A DNA stretch of 64,000 nt from an uncultured Gammaproteobacteria bacterium (GTDB lineage Bacteria; Pseudomonadota; Gammaproteobacteria; JACCXJ01). The notes beneath the pieces were generated by a model. That model ran no database searches. It was not told the origin of the DNA and was given only the letters and a program-made list of their open reading frames with translations. A program made the translations under genes and the position numbers. Numbering within the stretch: the stretch's first letter is position 1; each line of letters starts with the position of its first letter. The stretch is taken from contig CAVXTM010000002.1 of assembly GCA_963764725.1 (NCBI GenBank), forward strand, positions 128,001 to 192,000, written 5' to 3'. Shown here one piece after another: positions 1 through 10,345 of the stretch.

Positions 1-1385
1 TCGTCACCGTGCATAAGAGCAAGGGGCTCGAATACCCGATCGTCTTTTGCCCGTTTATGTGGGATCCCCGCCGGCGCCCTGACGACGCGAACGGGATCCT
101 GTATCACGATCCGGATGAACGCTTCCGGCCCGTGCTCGACCTGGGATCGGAGAACCACGCCGCGGCGTCCAAATTCGCCGCGCGCGAGCGCTATGCCGAG
201 AGCCTGCGGATGCTTTATGTCGCGGTCACGCGCGCCAAGCACCGCTGTTATTTACTTTGGGGAGCCGTCAAGGACGCGGCATACTCGCCCCTTGCCTGGT
301 TGCTACACCCGCCAAGCTCCGGCGCATCCGAGATCGATTGGCATCAGCAGGTCGAGAGCTTGAGCGATGCAGCGATCAAAGGCGAGATCGAAGCGCTGGC
401 ATCGGCCTCGGGGGGTACGATCCTTCTGGCGTCGCCGCCAACCCCTACGCGGCGCGCGCCGGCCGAGGCGCCACCAAATCCTCGATTCGCGGCGCGTGTA
501 TTCTCGGGAACCATCGCCGAACCGTGGGCTATGACAAGCTTTTCGGCGCTGATGCGCGGGATGCCGACGGAGGCGCGTTACGTCGATTTGGATACGGAGC
601 CGGATCCCAAGCCGGGCCCAGCGGACGTGCCGCGCACGATCTTTCATTTCCCGCGCGGTGTAACCGCGGGCCGCTGCCTGCATGCGGTCTTGGAGCATTT
701 GGATTTTACGACTTACCGGTCCGAGGATCTCATGGCCTTGGTCCGGCAAAGCCTGGAAGAACACGGCATCGCTACCGAATGGAGCAAGGTGTTGAGCGGG
801 CACCTCGCACAGGCGTTGCGTGCACCGCTCGACGCCGAAGGGAGACTGCGCCTCGACAGGATCACGCCGAGACAGCGAATCAATGAGATCGAGTTTCATT
901 ACCCCATCGCGGAGCTTAGGCTAGATGCGCTCATGGATCTGATTGAACCATGGGATCCCGAGGCATGCCAAGCGCTAACCGGATGGGGAGGGGAGGGGGC
1001 TTGTGGCTATATGAAAGGTTTCATCGATCTGGTTTTTGAAACCGAGGGACGCTATTACATAGTGGATTATAAGAGCAATTGGTTGGGGATGAATCTCGAA
1101 GATTATCATGCGACCCGGCTGCCGGCGGTTATCTCCCAGGCGGGCTACCCTCTTCAGTACCTTCTGTACGCGGTCGCGGTGCATCGCTACTTGCGGCATC
1201 GCCTCGCAAGTTATGACTACGAGCGGGATTTCGGCGGCGTCTATTATCTCTTCCTCCGCGGCATGAATGCGCGGCGCGGCGCCGACTACGGGATATTTTA
1301 CCGGCGGCCGGAGCGCGCGTTGGTCGAGGCGCTGGATCGGTATTTCCTCACCGGCGCGGTGGCCGCCGGCGAGTCGCCAGGATAG
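1..1385 (+). CDS. recB: Exodeoxyribonuclease V beta subunit, C-terminal part (starts before window)
   Basis: [11 protein letters not shown] helicase motif, LYVAVTRA, and RecB nuclease motifs GFIDLVF...YYIVDYKSN and YPLQYLLY. Confidence 0.97.
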   Translation, partial: VTVHKSKGLEYPIVFCPFMWDPRRRPDDANGILYHDPDERFRPVLDLGSENHAAASKFAARERYAESLRMLYVAVTRAKHRCYLLWGAVKDAAYSPLAWLLHPPSSGASEIDWHQQVESLSDAAIKGEIEALASASGGTILLASPPTPTRRAPAEAPPNPRFAARVFSGTIAEPWAMTSFSALMRGMPTEARYVDLDTEPDPKPGPADVPRTIFHFPRGVTAGRCLHAVLEHLDFTTYRSEDLMALVRQSLEEHGIATEWSKVLSGHLAQALRAPLDAEGRLRLDRITPRQRINEIEFHYPIAELRLDALMDLIEPWDPEACQALTGWGGEGACGYMKGFIDLVFETEGRYYIVDYKSNWLGMNLEDYHATRLPAVISQAGYPLQYLLYAVAVHRYLRHRLASYDYERDFGGVYYLFLRGMNARRGADYGIFYRRPERALVEALDRYFLTGAVAAGESPG

Positions 1386-1394
1386 AACGGTGGG

Positions 1395-1481
1395 TGATGG
1401 AACAACGATAACAAAGACTCGGAACCTTTTTGGATCTTTCCCGGAGGGGTTCGCAACGCGGTAAAGCTCGCCGCGCTTCAT
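1395..1481 (-). pseudogene. PemK/MazF-family toxin, N-terminal fragment only
   Basis: [26 protein letters not shown] resembles a MazF N-terminus; start overlaps the antitoxin stop; similarity ends next to the recB stop. Confidence 0.7.
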
Positions 1482-1711
1482 AGACCGACTTGATAATTAA
1501 GAACGTCCGCAGCCTCTTCGTTGAGATAATCGGCCCTTCGATTGATGATATCGAGGTCTTTGGCGTTCTGCTCGTCGCGGTTCTGTTGCTGGATGAAGGC
1601 CGAGACGGCAACTTCGATGAAATCAGAGCGGTTCGTCTTGAACGACCGTGCACGTTTGTCGATAAGGTCGAGGAGGTCCTCCGAGAGCGTGATAGATGTC
1701 TTCACTTTCAT
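1478..1711 (-). CDS. Ribbon-helix-helix (CopG-like) antitoxin
   Basis: [18 protein letters not shown]...[13 protein letters not shown] pattern, 77 aa, coupled to the MazF-like fragment. Confidence 0.8.
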   Translation of the reverse strand: MKVKTSITLSEDLLDLIDKRARSFKTNRSDFIEVAVSAFIQQQNRDEQNAKDLDIINRRADYLNEEAADVLNYQVGL

Positions 1712-1969
1712 ACTACCAAAGAAGTATATTCAGATTGATGAAGAAGTACAGGGTTATGTTGCTTAGCACGTGTCGAACCCTGCGAGGGGCAGTCGTTCCG
1801 GCTAGTCCACTCAATTAGGATTACATCGAGGGTACCGCGACCAAAGCTAGACTTGCGGTTGGCAAAGGCAGCGACTGGATTAAGGGGGTGGCTTGCGGCG
1901 AGAGCGGCCAGTGTCTCAGTTTGAATTTCGGCCATGACCAGAAGCAGTCATTCAGCGATGACCCAATGT

Positions 1970-2150
1970 GTTAGGCACTAAGCTTCTGAAGTAGATGTCC
2001 GGCGACCTCACGCAGCGCGCTTGCCTCCGGGGCCGTTTGGCGCACGTTTTCGAGGAGTTGCTTCCGGTCTACGGATGCGGTGTCGTGAAATAAGCCGAGC
2101 ATCGCTTCGAGTCTCACGTTCTCGCTTTCGTCCGATTCCGCGAGCCGTTC
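1970..2150 (-). pseudogene. 3' tail of an unrelated (HEAT-like) gene ending in an attC-type inverse core site
   Basis: ESDESENVRLEAMLGL...LLQKLSA*; the stop lies in GCCTAAC on the minus strand (1976-1970). Confidence 0.35.
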
Positions 2151-3040
2151 CAGCCGTTGAGGAGGAACGAGAACGATCCCGACTGGCAAACGCGTGCAAG
2201 TTCGGCCGCGCCGATGCCGCGTGCCAGAAACTCGCGCATCCCGCCCAGATACTCGAGAATGTTGCGGCTTGAATCGACCCACTGAGACAGGTTGACCATG
2301 AGCGCGGTATGGTCTGCGCCCGCGCCGCGCGCGATCTGAACCAGCGTCGTGGTCTTGCCGCGTCCGGCGGGCGCCTCAAGAACAAGGCGGCGGCTCTCCC
2401 GCAGCGCCTCGCTCACGTCGCCGAGGAAAGACACTTGGCCGGATTCAGCGCCGTTCTGCTCGAGCCGTTCAACGCGCAGTTCGATGAGCGGCTGTCCCTT
2501 CAACCTGCCCGCCCAGCTCTCGGCGATTTCGGCAGCCGCCTGTCGTGCATTGGCAATGAGTTCGGCAAGCGTCGGTTCAGGCCGCAGATCAATATTGAGG
2601 AAGGTCGCACAGATGGACGCGTTCTCCGGAGGCATCAACGTTGTGATGATGTCTTCGCGAGAGACGACCTGGAGCTCAAGCTCGTAGTCTTTGAGAATTT
2701 GCTTCGCCCACTTCGTCGCGGTGATGCGCGACACCTTGCCGGACGTCACGAATATGAGCGTCTTGAGACCAGGAACCTTTTCCTTTGCTTTCTTCGCATC
2801 CTCCGAAACCTTGCTGATAGTCGGGGTCGTCGAGCAGGCGACGCCGCGGCCTGTCCTGTCGCCCGAGAGGCTTGGAGGGGCATAGGCATCAAGCCCGTCG
2901 TCTTTTTTCGGTTCGTGCGCAATGAGCTCCGGCCAGCGCCGCTGCTGGAGGATGACGGCCATTCGCTGAAACCGTTTCCCTTCCTCCATGAGAACGAGTT
3001 CGTCGAGAGCCCGCTCGATATCAATCAGCCGGATGGCCAT
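2114..3040 (-). pseudogene. Restriction-endonuclease-like domain fused to NACHT/STAND NTPase, C-terminally truncated
   Basis: N-terminal FQRMA...DDGLDAY...GVACS; Walker A APAGRGKTT; Walker-B-like FSFLLNGWN, then abrupt end. Confidence 0.65.
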
Positions 3041-3110
3041 CTTCCTCGACCTTCATAGCAACGTTCCTGACGCTGACATACTTCTGGGCAGAGACCTCGT
3101 GTTCGGCATT

Positions 3111-4229
3111 TCACGCCTGCTCGCTGGCAAGAGAGTAACTGGTGCTGCGGCCGCGTTCGGGCCCTCGAACTAGGATGCCTTGTTCAACCAGCTGCAAGAT
3201 GTCACGAAGAGCGGTGTCTTGTGAGCATTTCGCGAGAGCCGCGTATTTGGAGGTGGTCAGCTTGCCTTCAAAGCCATCGAGCAGGCGATTCAGAACGACG
3301 GTTTGACGTTCATTCAGCGGCACGCCCTGCAGGCGCTCCCAGAAGCGCGCTTTGGCCAGCACGCCGGCTAGCATTGACTGCGCGCCGTCGATTGCCCGGC
3401 CCAGGCAAGCCACAAACCACTCCATCCACGGCGTGACGTCAAGCGTCGCCTTCTGCGTGCGCTCAAGGATGTCGTAATACGCGTTGCGCTCCTGGCGGAT
3501 TTGCGTCGACATGCTGTAGAAGCGCTGCGGGCTGTTCTCCGAACGCGCGAGAGCCATATCGGCGATGGCGCGCGCGATGCGGCCGTTGCCGTCATCGAAG
3601 GGATGGATGGTCACGAACCACAAGTGCGCCAGGGCTGCCCTGAACACCTCGTCGATTTCGGGCTTAGCGTTGAACCAGGCAAGGAAAGCAGACATCTCCG
3701 CGGCGAGTCGCGGTGCCGGGACCGCCTCGAAATGGACGCGCTCTCGCCCGATGGGGCCCGAGATGACTTGCATGGGCCCTGTGCTGTCATCGCGCCAGGC
3801 GCCAACGGTGATCTTGGTCATGCCGCTACGGCCGGTCGGAAAAAGGGCGGCATGCCAGGCAAACAATCGCTCCTCGTCGAGCGGCCTGTCGTAATGGCGG
3901 GTTGCGTCGAGCATCATTTCGACAACCCCTTCAACGTGGCGATCGGTGGCAACGAGGCCGCCGATGTCCATTCCGAGACGCCGGGCGATGGACGAGCGAA
4001 CCTGCGCCGCGTCGAGCTTTTCTCCTTCGATCTCGCTGCTTTTGATGACGTCGGAGGTCAGCGTCTGGAGGATGGCCTCCTGGCGGAGGCCGAAACCGAG
4101 AGCTTCCATGTGCCCCGTGAGGCGCCCCTGGCGGTGCCGCACGTCGGCCAAAGAGGCCGCGAGCCGCTCACTGTCCCACCGGAATGAGGGCCAAGCCTCA
4201 AGGTCATGTATATACAATCGCCGCTCCAT
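3111..4229 (-). CDS. Fic family protein (DUF4172-Fic-wHTH type)
   Basis: HPFDDGNGRIAR Fic motif; typical N-terminus (WPSFRWD) and C-terminal KLTTSKYA...DTALRDI. Confidence 0.93.
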   Translation of the reverse strand: MERRLYIHDLEAWPSFRWDSERLAASLADVRHRQGRLTGHMEALGFGLRQEAILQTLTSDVIKSSEIEGEKLDAAQVRSSIARRLGMDIGGLVATDRHVEGVVEMMLDATRHYDRPLDEERLFAWHAALFPTGRSGMTKITVGAWRDDSTGPMQVISGPIGRERVHFEAVPAPRLAAEMSAFLAWFNAKPEIDEVFRAALAHLWFVTIHPFDDGNGRIARAIADMALARSENSPQRFYSMSTQIRQERNAYYDILERTQKATLDVTPWMEWFVACLGRAIDGAQSMLAGVLAKARFWERLQGVPLNERQTVVLNRLLDGFEGKLTTSKYAALAKCSQDTALRDILQLVEQGILVRGPERGRSTSYSLASEQA

Positions 4230-4365
4230 CTGCGGTGATTGTAGGGCTCCTGCACCGCAAAGTCAATTTTTCTACGCATTGATGCGGATAATAAGGCCTC
4301 TAATCGCCGCATGATCCAAACTTTCGCCTTGACAAACTCAGCATACGATGACGTAGTATCGACCC

Positions 4366-4790
4366 GTGTCGGACCTCGGAAAACTAATCCGTGAGAGGAC
4401 CGCAGATGGTCGCTTCGCCAGCTGGGCGAAAAGATAGGCGTTACGCCTGCCTATGTCGCTGACCTGGAGGCTGGCCGCCGTTCGCCCGGCGCCGAGCTCA
4501 AGGAGCGAATCGCGGCGGCGCTCGACATTTCGCCGGAGAACCTCGCTGCCGCAGATGCACGGTTGAGCGCCGATTTGCGCGACTGGATTGAGGAGCGCCC
4601 GCACCTTACGGCGGTCCTGCGCTCCCTGCACTCCTCTCCGAATTCCGACCGGGGGCTCGGCCGCTTCATCAGCCGCAGGTCGCAGGCGCAACCCGCCAAG
4701 GGGTTCCTGGTTACATGGGAGTCGGAGCTGCGCGCCATGGCGGCCGAGGCCTCGGCCTGGTCCATCGAGACGGGAGGAGATCTCTTCGGC
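4366..4790 (+). pseudogene. XRE-family HTH fused to the start of a putative JAB/MPN-like domain; frameshifted and truncated
   Basis: GTG 4366 gives MSDLGKLIRER; after a frameshift WSLRQLGEKIGVTPAYVADLEAGRRSP (HTH) ... IETGGDLFG; cut at 4790 by a recB duplicate. Confidence 0.6.
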
Positions 4791-4945
4791 ATTGGTTGGG
4801 GATGAATCTCGAAGATTACCATGCGACCCGGCTGCCGGCGGTCATCTCCCAGGCGGGCTACCCTCTTCAGTACCTCCTGTACGCGGTCGCGGTGCATCGC
4901 TACTTGCGGCATCGCCTCGCAAGTTATGACTACGAGCGGGATTTC
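4791..4945 (+). repeat. 155-bp duplicate of recB internal segment 1078-1232
   Basis: Direct comparison shows 3 differences (TAT/TAC, GTT/GTC, CTT/CTC), all synonymous. Confidence 0.95.
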
Positions 4946-5129
4946 TTGTTATAGACCGCATAATGCTTGGCTGAGACAGCGAAGCAATAGAGCGGGCAAG
5001 GAGCCCCTGTGGAGACTCAACATGGTTGGATTGAACTTTCTGCAACCCGCGAGCAGAATGTCACCTTGTAAGCCGATACTTCGGTCGGCCAATAGACGTT
5101 AGCCAGTTTACACGTATTGGCCCGCTGCT

Positions 5130-5792
5130 ATGAAACCCATGCTCCGTAAGATTGGACTTATGTGCGGCATACTGGCTCCAGTCTTATGGGCATTGGTTAT
5201 TATTTTATGCGGCGGTCTAAGACCGGAATACAGTCACTTGACGCAGTACATTAGCGAGCTTGGTGAACGGGGCGGCTCTACCGAATTCATTATGCGGTAC
5301 GCCGCATTTGTGCCCACTGGGCTCATGCATACGGCTTTTGCGGCATACTTGTATGTTGCATTCAAAGGTAGCCCGCTTGCTACAATTGCAGCAACGCTGC
5401 TTGCCATAAATGGAATAGCCCGCATTGTCGCAGGCATGTTTCCTTGCGAGATTGGGTGTGCCCTACCTAGACTTTTGCTCAGTCAGAAGTTGCACAGCTT
5501 AGCCGCCGGCGTAGGCTTTTTTGCACTTATTGGTGCCTCGGTCCTTTGGGGTTTCGTATTCAGGCGATATCAAAGCCTGCGAGGCCTTAGTGCCTACTCC
5601 ATCGGTTCCGGATGTTTGGGTTTGGTCTTTCTGGCGCTCATGTCGTGGGGTGCCGAACTGAGGACAGGTACAGGTCTCTACGAACGCTTATCCACCGGTG
5701 TATTGTCTTTGTGGGTGTTAGTGTTCGCAGCTCGGTTATGGTGGCTCAAGGCATACAGCGTAACGGCTGCTGGCCGGCTAACTCGACGATAA
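5130..5792 (+). CDS. DUF998-family membrane protein in an integron-type cassette
   Basis: YSHLTQYISELG motif, several TM helices, GLYERL; bounded by GTTAGCC (5098) and complementary GGCTAAC (5776); lower GC. Confidence 0.8.
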   Translation: MKPMLRKIGLMCGILAPVLWALVIILCGGLRPEYSHLTQYISELGERGGSTEFIMRYAAFVPTGLMHTAFAAYLYVAFKGSPLATIAATLLAINGIARIVAGMFPCEIGCALPRLLLSQKLHSLAAGVGFFALIGASVLWGFVFRRYQSLRGLSAYSIGSGCLGLVFLALMSWGAELRTGTGLYERLSTGVLSLWVLVFAARLWWLKAYSVTAAGRLTRR

Positions 5793-5875
5793 GTGGCGTT
5801 GGCTCCGCCCGGCCGCTGTGTCTGCGCAGCCTAGCGGAACAGTGAGTGGTTGGTCGGTCACACGGGACCTTTAGA

Positions 5876-6571
5876 ATGCCTCCACGTCACTTGGAACGAC
5901 ACCGCGCTGAACGCATCGGCTGGCTCCGCGCCGCGGTATTGGGCGCCAACGATGGCATCGTTTCCACCGCGAGCCTAGTGCTGGGTGTTGCAGCGGCTGA
6001 TGCAACTCACAGCAACGTATTGATCGCCGGGGTTGCCGGCCTAGTCGCCGGAGCCATGTCAATGGCAGCCGGCGAGTATGTGTCCGTCCACTCACAGGCA
6101 GATACCGAACAGGCAGACATCGAGCGTGAACGCAAGGAACTCACGACGGACGATCCGGGCGAGCGCAAAGAATTGACGGCGATTTACGTCGGTCGAGGGC
6201 TTGATCCTGCGCTTGCGAAACAGGTCGCCGATCAACTCATGGCGCATGACGCGCTCGGCGCACATACCCGCGACGAACTCGGGATCTCCCAGGCTCTTAG
6301 TGCGCGTCCGATTCAGGCTGCTTTTGCTTCGGCTGCCAGCTTCGCTGTTGGAGCAGCTATGCCCATCCTAGTCACCTTATTGGCCCCCGAGACGAGCCTG
6401 TTCTGTCTCGTCTCAGGTACTTCACTCGTTTTCCTCGCGTTCCTAGGTGGGCTGGCTGCGCGCGTCGGTGGAGCGCGTGTGGCATTGGGTGCAATGCGCG
6501 TTACATTCTGGGGTGCGCTAGCCATGGGGTTGACCGCTGGCGTCGGAGCTCTGTTTGGAACGGTCGCGTGA
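5876..6571 (+). CDS. VIT1/CCC1 family iron/manganese transporter
   Basis: GWLRAAVLGANDGIVS and GAMSMAAGEYVSV motifs. Confidence 0.93.
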   Translation: MPPRHLERHRAERIGWLRAAVLGANDGIVSTASLVLGVAAADATHSNVLIAGVAGLVAGAMSMAAGEYVSVHSQADTEQADIERERKELTTDDPGERKELTAIYVGRGLDPALAKQVADQLMAHDALGAHTRDELGISQALSARPIQAAFASAASFAVGAAMPILVTLLAPETSLFCLVSGTSLVFLAFLGGLAARVGGARVALGAMRVTFWGALAMGLTAGVGALFGTVA

Positions 6572-6642
6572 GCGAATCAAACTGCCGCGGCTATTGAGCA
6601 AGGTCCTCTGGTATAAAGATAGATCGTCTAAGCGAGGCGGCC

Positions 6643-7302
6643 ATGACGCCCACACCCAGATTAGCGTTCATCACCGTCGTGGCGACCCTTGCCTATCTCG
6701 GGCTCGCCATCCTTGGCTGGGGCGGATTTGCCGCCTTCTTCTCTCACCCGGCCCTGATTGTCCTTGCGATCGCGCTCTTCGTGCTGTCCGGGGTCGCGCT
6801 CTTCAGTGGCGGAAACCTGAGCCCCGGCGAGCGCGAGGATCGTTCCAACCGTTGGGTCCTCGTACCCTTCGCGCTGATCGGGTTGCTGGACGCCTATCTA
6901 CCGGCCTACACTGACCGGATTGGGTTCTGGACCCTCGACGGCGATGCCATTCGCTGGCTTGGCGTCGTTCTCTTCGCCGCTGGTGGTGTGCTGCGGATCT
7001 GGCCGGTCTTCGTGCTCGGCCGTCGGTTCAGCGGCTTAGTAGCCATCCAGCCCGGGCACACGCTGGTCACGAGCGGTGTCTATGGCGTCATCCGCCACCC
7101 CAGTTATTTGGGGTTGCTCGTCAACTCGCTGGGGTGGGGCCTCGCCTTTCGTTCGGGGGTCGGCGTGCTGCTCACGGCGCTCCTTATCCTGCCACTCCTC
7201 GCGCGCATCCGCGCGGAAGAGAGGCTGCTGCGCACGCAGTTCGGCGCCGAGTACGATGCTTACTGCGCCCGGACGTCACGGCTGATTCCCAGGCTCTATT
7301 GA
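6643..7302 (+). CDS. Isoprenylcysteine carboxylmethyltransferase (ICMT/PEMT) family membrane protein
   Basis: LVTSGVYGVIRHPSYLG and RIRAEERLL...FGAEYDAY motifs. Confidence 0.9.
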   Translation: MTPTPRLAFITVVATLAYLGLAILGWGGFAAFFSHPALIVLAIALFVLSGVALFSGGNLSPGEREDRSNRWVLVPFALIGLLDAYLPAYTDRIGFWTLDGDAIRWLGVVLFAAGGVLRIWPVFVLGRRFSGLVAIQPGHTLVTSGVYGVIRHPSYLGLLVNSLGWGLAFRSGVGVLLTALLILPLLARIRAEERLLRTQFGAEYDAYCARTSRLIPRLY

Positions 7303-7660
7303 GGCGACGGGCCGCCGACGGTCCGGTATGGGTCGGCAAGCGACCGCAAAAACGGTCACAGGAATGGACCGATCAACGCCACCGGCACAGGATAACGTGG
7401 CAGTTTGCGTGCAAGCACTGTAAGAAGGTCGGAACAACTCACGCTGCCAGCACTAAGGCTAAAATAGCCGGCCAGGTGGTCTACATCGTCCTCTGGCACA
7501 ACGACATAGACTCGCGTCAGATCGCGTCGTACATCTTGTGGCGCATATCGCCTGATATAGTCATCAAGGGTCTACCCGAGCGCGTCGGCGCGCTGGCTCA
7601 TCGGAGCAAGGATGATACAATTCGCCCGCAAATTCCGTTAAAGCCCGCAACATCGATCGG

Positions 7661-8173
7661 ATGATACAAGTCCTCAAGAATTTCATTTTCTGGAGCCGTT
7701 GGCTGCAGGCGCCGCTTTACCTGGGATTGATCGTGGCGCAAGGCGTGTACGTCTATCAGTTCATGATCGAGTTGAGCCACCTCGTGGCCAAGGCGGGGGG
7801 TTTGACGGATACCGACATCATGCTTATCGTGCTCGGCCTCATTGATGTCGTGATGATCGCCAATCTCTTGAATATTGTCATCATCGGTGGCTACGAAACC
7901 TTCGTCTCGCGGCTCGCGCTCGAGAGCCACCCGGATCAACCCGAGTGGCTGTCGCACGTCAGCGCTGGTGTGCTCAAGGTTAAACTGGCCACCGCCTTGA
8001 TCGGGATCTCCGCGATTCATCTGCTCAAGACCTTCATCAATGCCGAGCACGTACCCGAAAAGGCAATCATGTGGCAGGTGATCATTCACATGACGTTCGT
8101 ATTCTCGGCCCTCGCAATGGCGTATACCGACAAGGTCATGACCAGTACGGTGTTGATGACGAAAAGGCATTAA
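7661..8173 (+). CDS. TIGR00645/YqhA (UPF0114) family membrane protein
   Basis: SRWLQAPLYLGLI, VIIGGYETFVSRL, LKVKLATALIGISAIHLL. Confidence 0.88.
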   Translation: MIQVLKNFIFWSRWLQAPLYLGLIVAQGVYVYQFMIELSHLVAKAGGLTDTDIMLIVLGLIDVVMIANLLNIVIIGGYETFVSRLALESHPDQPEWLSHVSAGVLKVKLATALIGISAIHLLKTFINAEHVPEKAIMWQVIIHMTFVFSALAMAYTDKVMTSTVLMTKRH

Positions 8174-8449
8174 ACGCACTACGTTTCCTCTTCCGTTTGG
8201 AGAGGGTAGGAGGAGTATTTGATTGGGGAGTTAATAGCAAATATAGGGGAACGCGGGTCGGCGGACCGTGCGCTAGGACCGATCCTGCCGCGCTGGATTT
8301 TCTGATCACCGGGATCTAGGCGTCAACGGTACCGCTCAGCGGCAGGATTATGCGACTCCCTACGTTTTCTTCGAAGGCCCGAGCTAGCACCATCGGCGCT
8401 CTAACTGCGGCGGTGCGCGCCGCACGCTTCGCCGCCTAGGGGCGCACCA

Positions 8450-10288
8450 GTGCGCGCGCTCGAATCGCTCTATCGCTCGGAACGCATCACCGACATCGAT
8501 TTCCACTTTGCCCGGTTGATCGCCCGCTTAGACGGCCGCGAGCGGCCAGAAGTCGCGTACGCGGCGCTGCTGACCAGTACCCTGGCCGGTCAAGGGCATG
8601 CGTGTGCGCGTCTCGAAGCGCATGCGGGCCGCCCGCTCTTGGATGCACCCGAGGCGCCCATTGTCCCCGTGCTCGAGGCGTGGCTCGACGCCTTGCGCGG
8701 TAGCCCGACCGTGGGTGCTCCCGGTGACTATCGTCCTTTGATTCTCGAGGGTGGCACGCGGCTATACCTCTATCGCTATTGGCGCTATCAACAAACGATC
8801 GCGGAGGCTTTAAGCGAGCGCGCCAAGGATGAGGCGGCCGGGGTAAACCTCGACACGCTGCGGCAGGGAATCGAGCGGCTGTTCTCGCACGAGAGCGCCC
8901 TCGATACGGGCGGCCAAAGAGTCGCTGCGGCGGTGGCGGTGCTGCGCAGGCTCTGTGTGGTGAGCGGACCCCCGGGTTCTGGGAAGACCTCGGCGGTGCT
9001 TGGACTCTTGTGCCTGCTTGTGGACCAAACCAACGCGGGCTTGCCGCTTCGGATCGGCTTGGCGGCCCCGACCGGCAAGGCAACGGCGCGCCTCCAGGAG
9101 GCTATGCGCGCGGCCAAGGAACGGCTGCCAATCACACCCGAAATGTTGGGCCGACTACCCAAGGAGGTTGCCACCTTGCACCGCCTGATGGGCGCGAGGA
9201 CGGATTCGGAACGTTTTCGGTATCATCGCGCTCACCCGCTGCCGCTCGATGTCGTGGTCGTGGACGAAGCCTCGATGATCGACTTGGCCTTAATGGCCAA
9301 GTTGCTCGAGGCCTTGCCGCGTTCCGCGCGGATCATTCTTTTAGGCGATCAAGAGCAGTTAGTCTCGGTCGGACCCGGCGCAGTTTTCGGTGACATATGT
9401 TCCGGGCCAAAGGGCTACTCACAGGATTTCGCCGAACGCATCAGCGCGCTGACCGCTGTGGCTGTTCCCCGCGCACCGGCGGGTCCGCCGTTGCGCGACT
9501 CGCTGGTCCGCCTGGAGCACAGTGTCCGATTCCATGCCGAAAGCGGCATCGGCAGGCTCGCCCGTGCCGTCGCGGCAGGCCGTGCCGAGGAGGCCCTCTC
9601 GATCTTACGCAGTGGCGTCGCGGGCATTGAATGGCGCGAGGCGCGAGATGCGCGCGCCATGATCCGGCAGCAAACACAGGCCATCGTTGACGGCTATGCC
9701 GATTACCTGCGATTGGTCCGCGAGGGCGCCGAGCCCGAGCGCGTTCACTCGGCTTTCAACGAATTTCGGATCTTGTGCCCGCAGCGTGCCGGCCCGGCGG
9801 GGGTTGAGGCCGTTCAGACCGCCATCGTGGAGGTCCTCGGCACGGCGAGATTGATCGAAGCGCGGAGGACCTGGTACCTCGGCCGCCCGGTGATGGTGAT
9901 CCGCAATCACTACGGACTCAAGCTCTTTAACGGGGACATCGGAATCGTCCAGCGCGACCCTAGGGGCGGCCGCGAGCTTAAGGTTTGCTTCATAAGCCAG
10001 CAAGGTTCCTCGCGCACGTTCAGTCCAGAAAGCTTACCCGGCCACGAGACGGTATTCGCGATGACGGTGCATAAAAGCCAAGGATCCGAGTTCGGGCGGG
10101 TGGTGCTGATCTTGCCGGAGCTTGACTCGCCGCTGTTGACACGCGAGCTCATCTATACCGCGATCACGCGGGCCAGGAGAGGGCTAGCGATTTGGAGCGT
10201 CGAACGCGCCTTCATCCAGGCCATCGAGCGCACGCTCCGGAGATCGTCCGGACTGCGTGAATTGCTATGGGGCGGTGCGATAACGTAG
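8450..10288 (+). CDS. recD: Exodeoxyribonuclease V alpha subunit
   Basis: RLYLYRYW, GPPGSGKT, APTGKA, VVVDEASMID, AMTVHKSQGSEF, RELIYTAITRA. Confidence 0.96.
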   Translation: MRALESLYRSERITDIDFHFARLIARLDGRERPEVAYAALLTSTLAGQGHACARLEAHAGRPLLDAPEAPIVPVLEAWLDALRGSPTVGAPGDYRPLILEGGTRLYLYRYWRYQQTIAEALSERAKDEAAGVNLDTLRQGIERLFSHESALDTGGQRVAAAVAVLRRLCVVSGPPGSGKTSAVLGLLCLLVDQTNAGLPLRIGLAAPTGKATARLQEAMRAAKERLPITPEMLGRLPKEVATLHRLMGARTDSERFRYHRAHPLPLDVVVVDEASMIDLALMAKLLEALPRSARIILLGDQEQLVSVGPGAVFGDICSGPKGYSQDFAERISALTAVAVPRAPAGPPLRDSLVRLEHSVRFHAESGIGRLARAVAAGRAEEALSILRSGVAGIEWREARDARAMIRQQTQAIVDGYADYLRLVREGAEPERVHSAFNEFRILCPQRAGPAGVEAVQTAIVEVLGTARLIEARRTWYLGRPVMVIRNHYGLKLFNGDIGIVQRDPRGGRELKVCFISQQGSSRTFSPESLPGHETVFAMTVHKSQGSEFGRVVLILPELDSPLLTRELIYTAITRARRGLAIWSVERAFIQAIERTLRRSSGLRELLWGGAIT

Positions 10289-10345
10289 TCTTGGCGATCG
10301 AGTCGCCCAGGGGACGATGCGATTTCTTGAGGTGAGGATGCAATA

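Noticed and set aside
7598-8179. 193-aa minus-strand ORF
   Set aside because: Antisense shadow of the TIGR00645 gene; no motifs of its own.
8289-8312. Possible second recB 3'-end remnant before recD (GCGCTGGAT...TCACCGG)
   Set aside because: The match is too short and gapped to distinguish from chance in GC-rich DNA.
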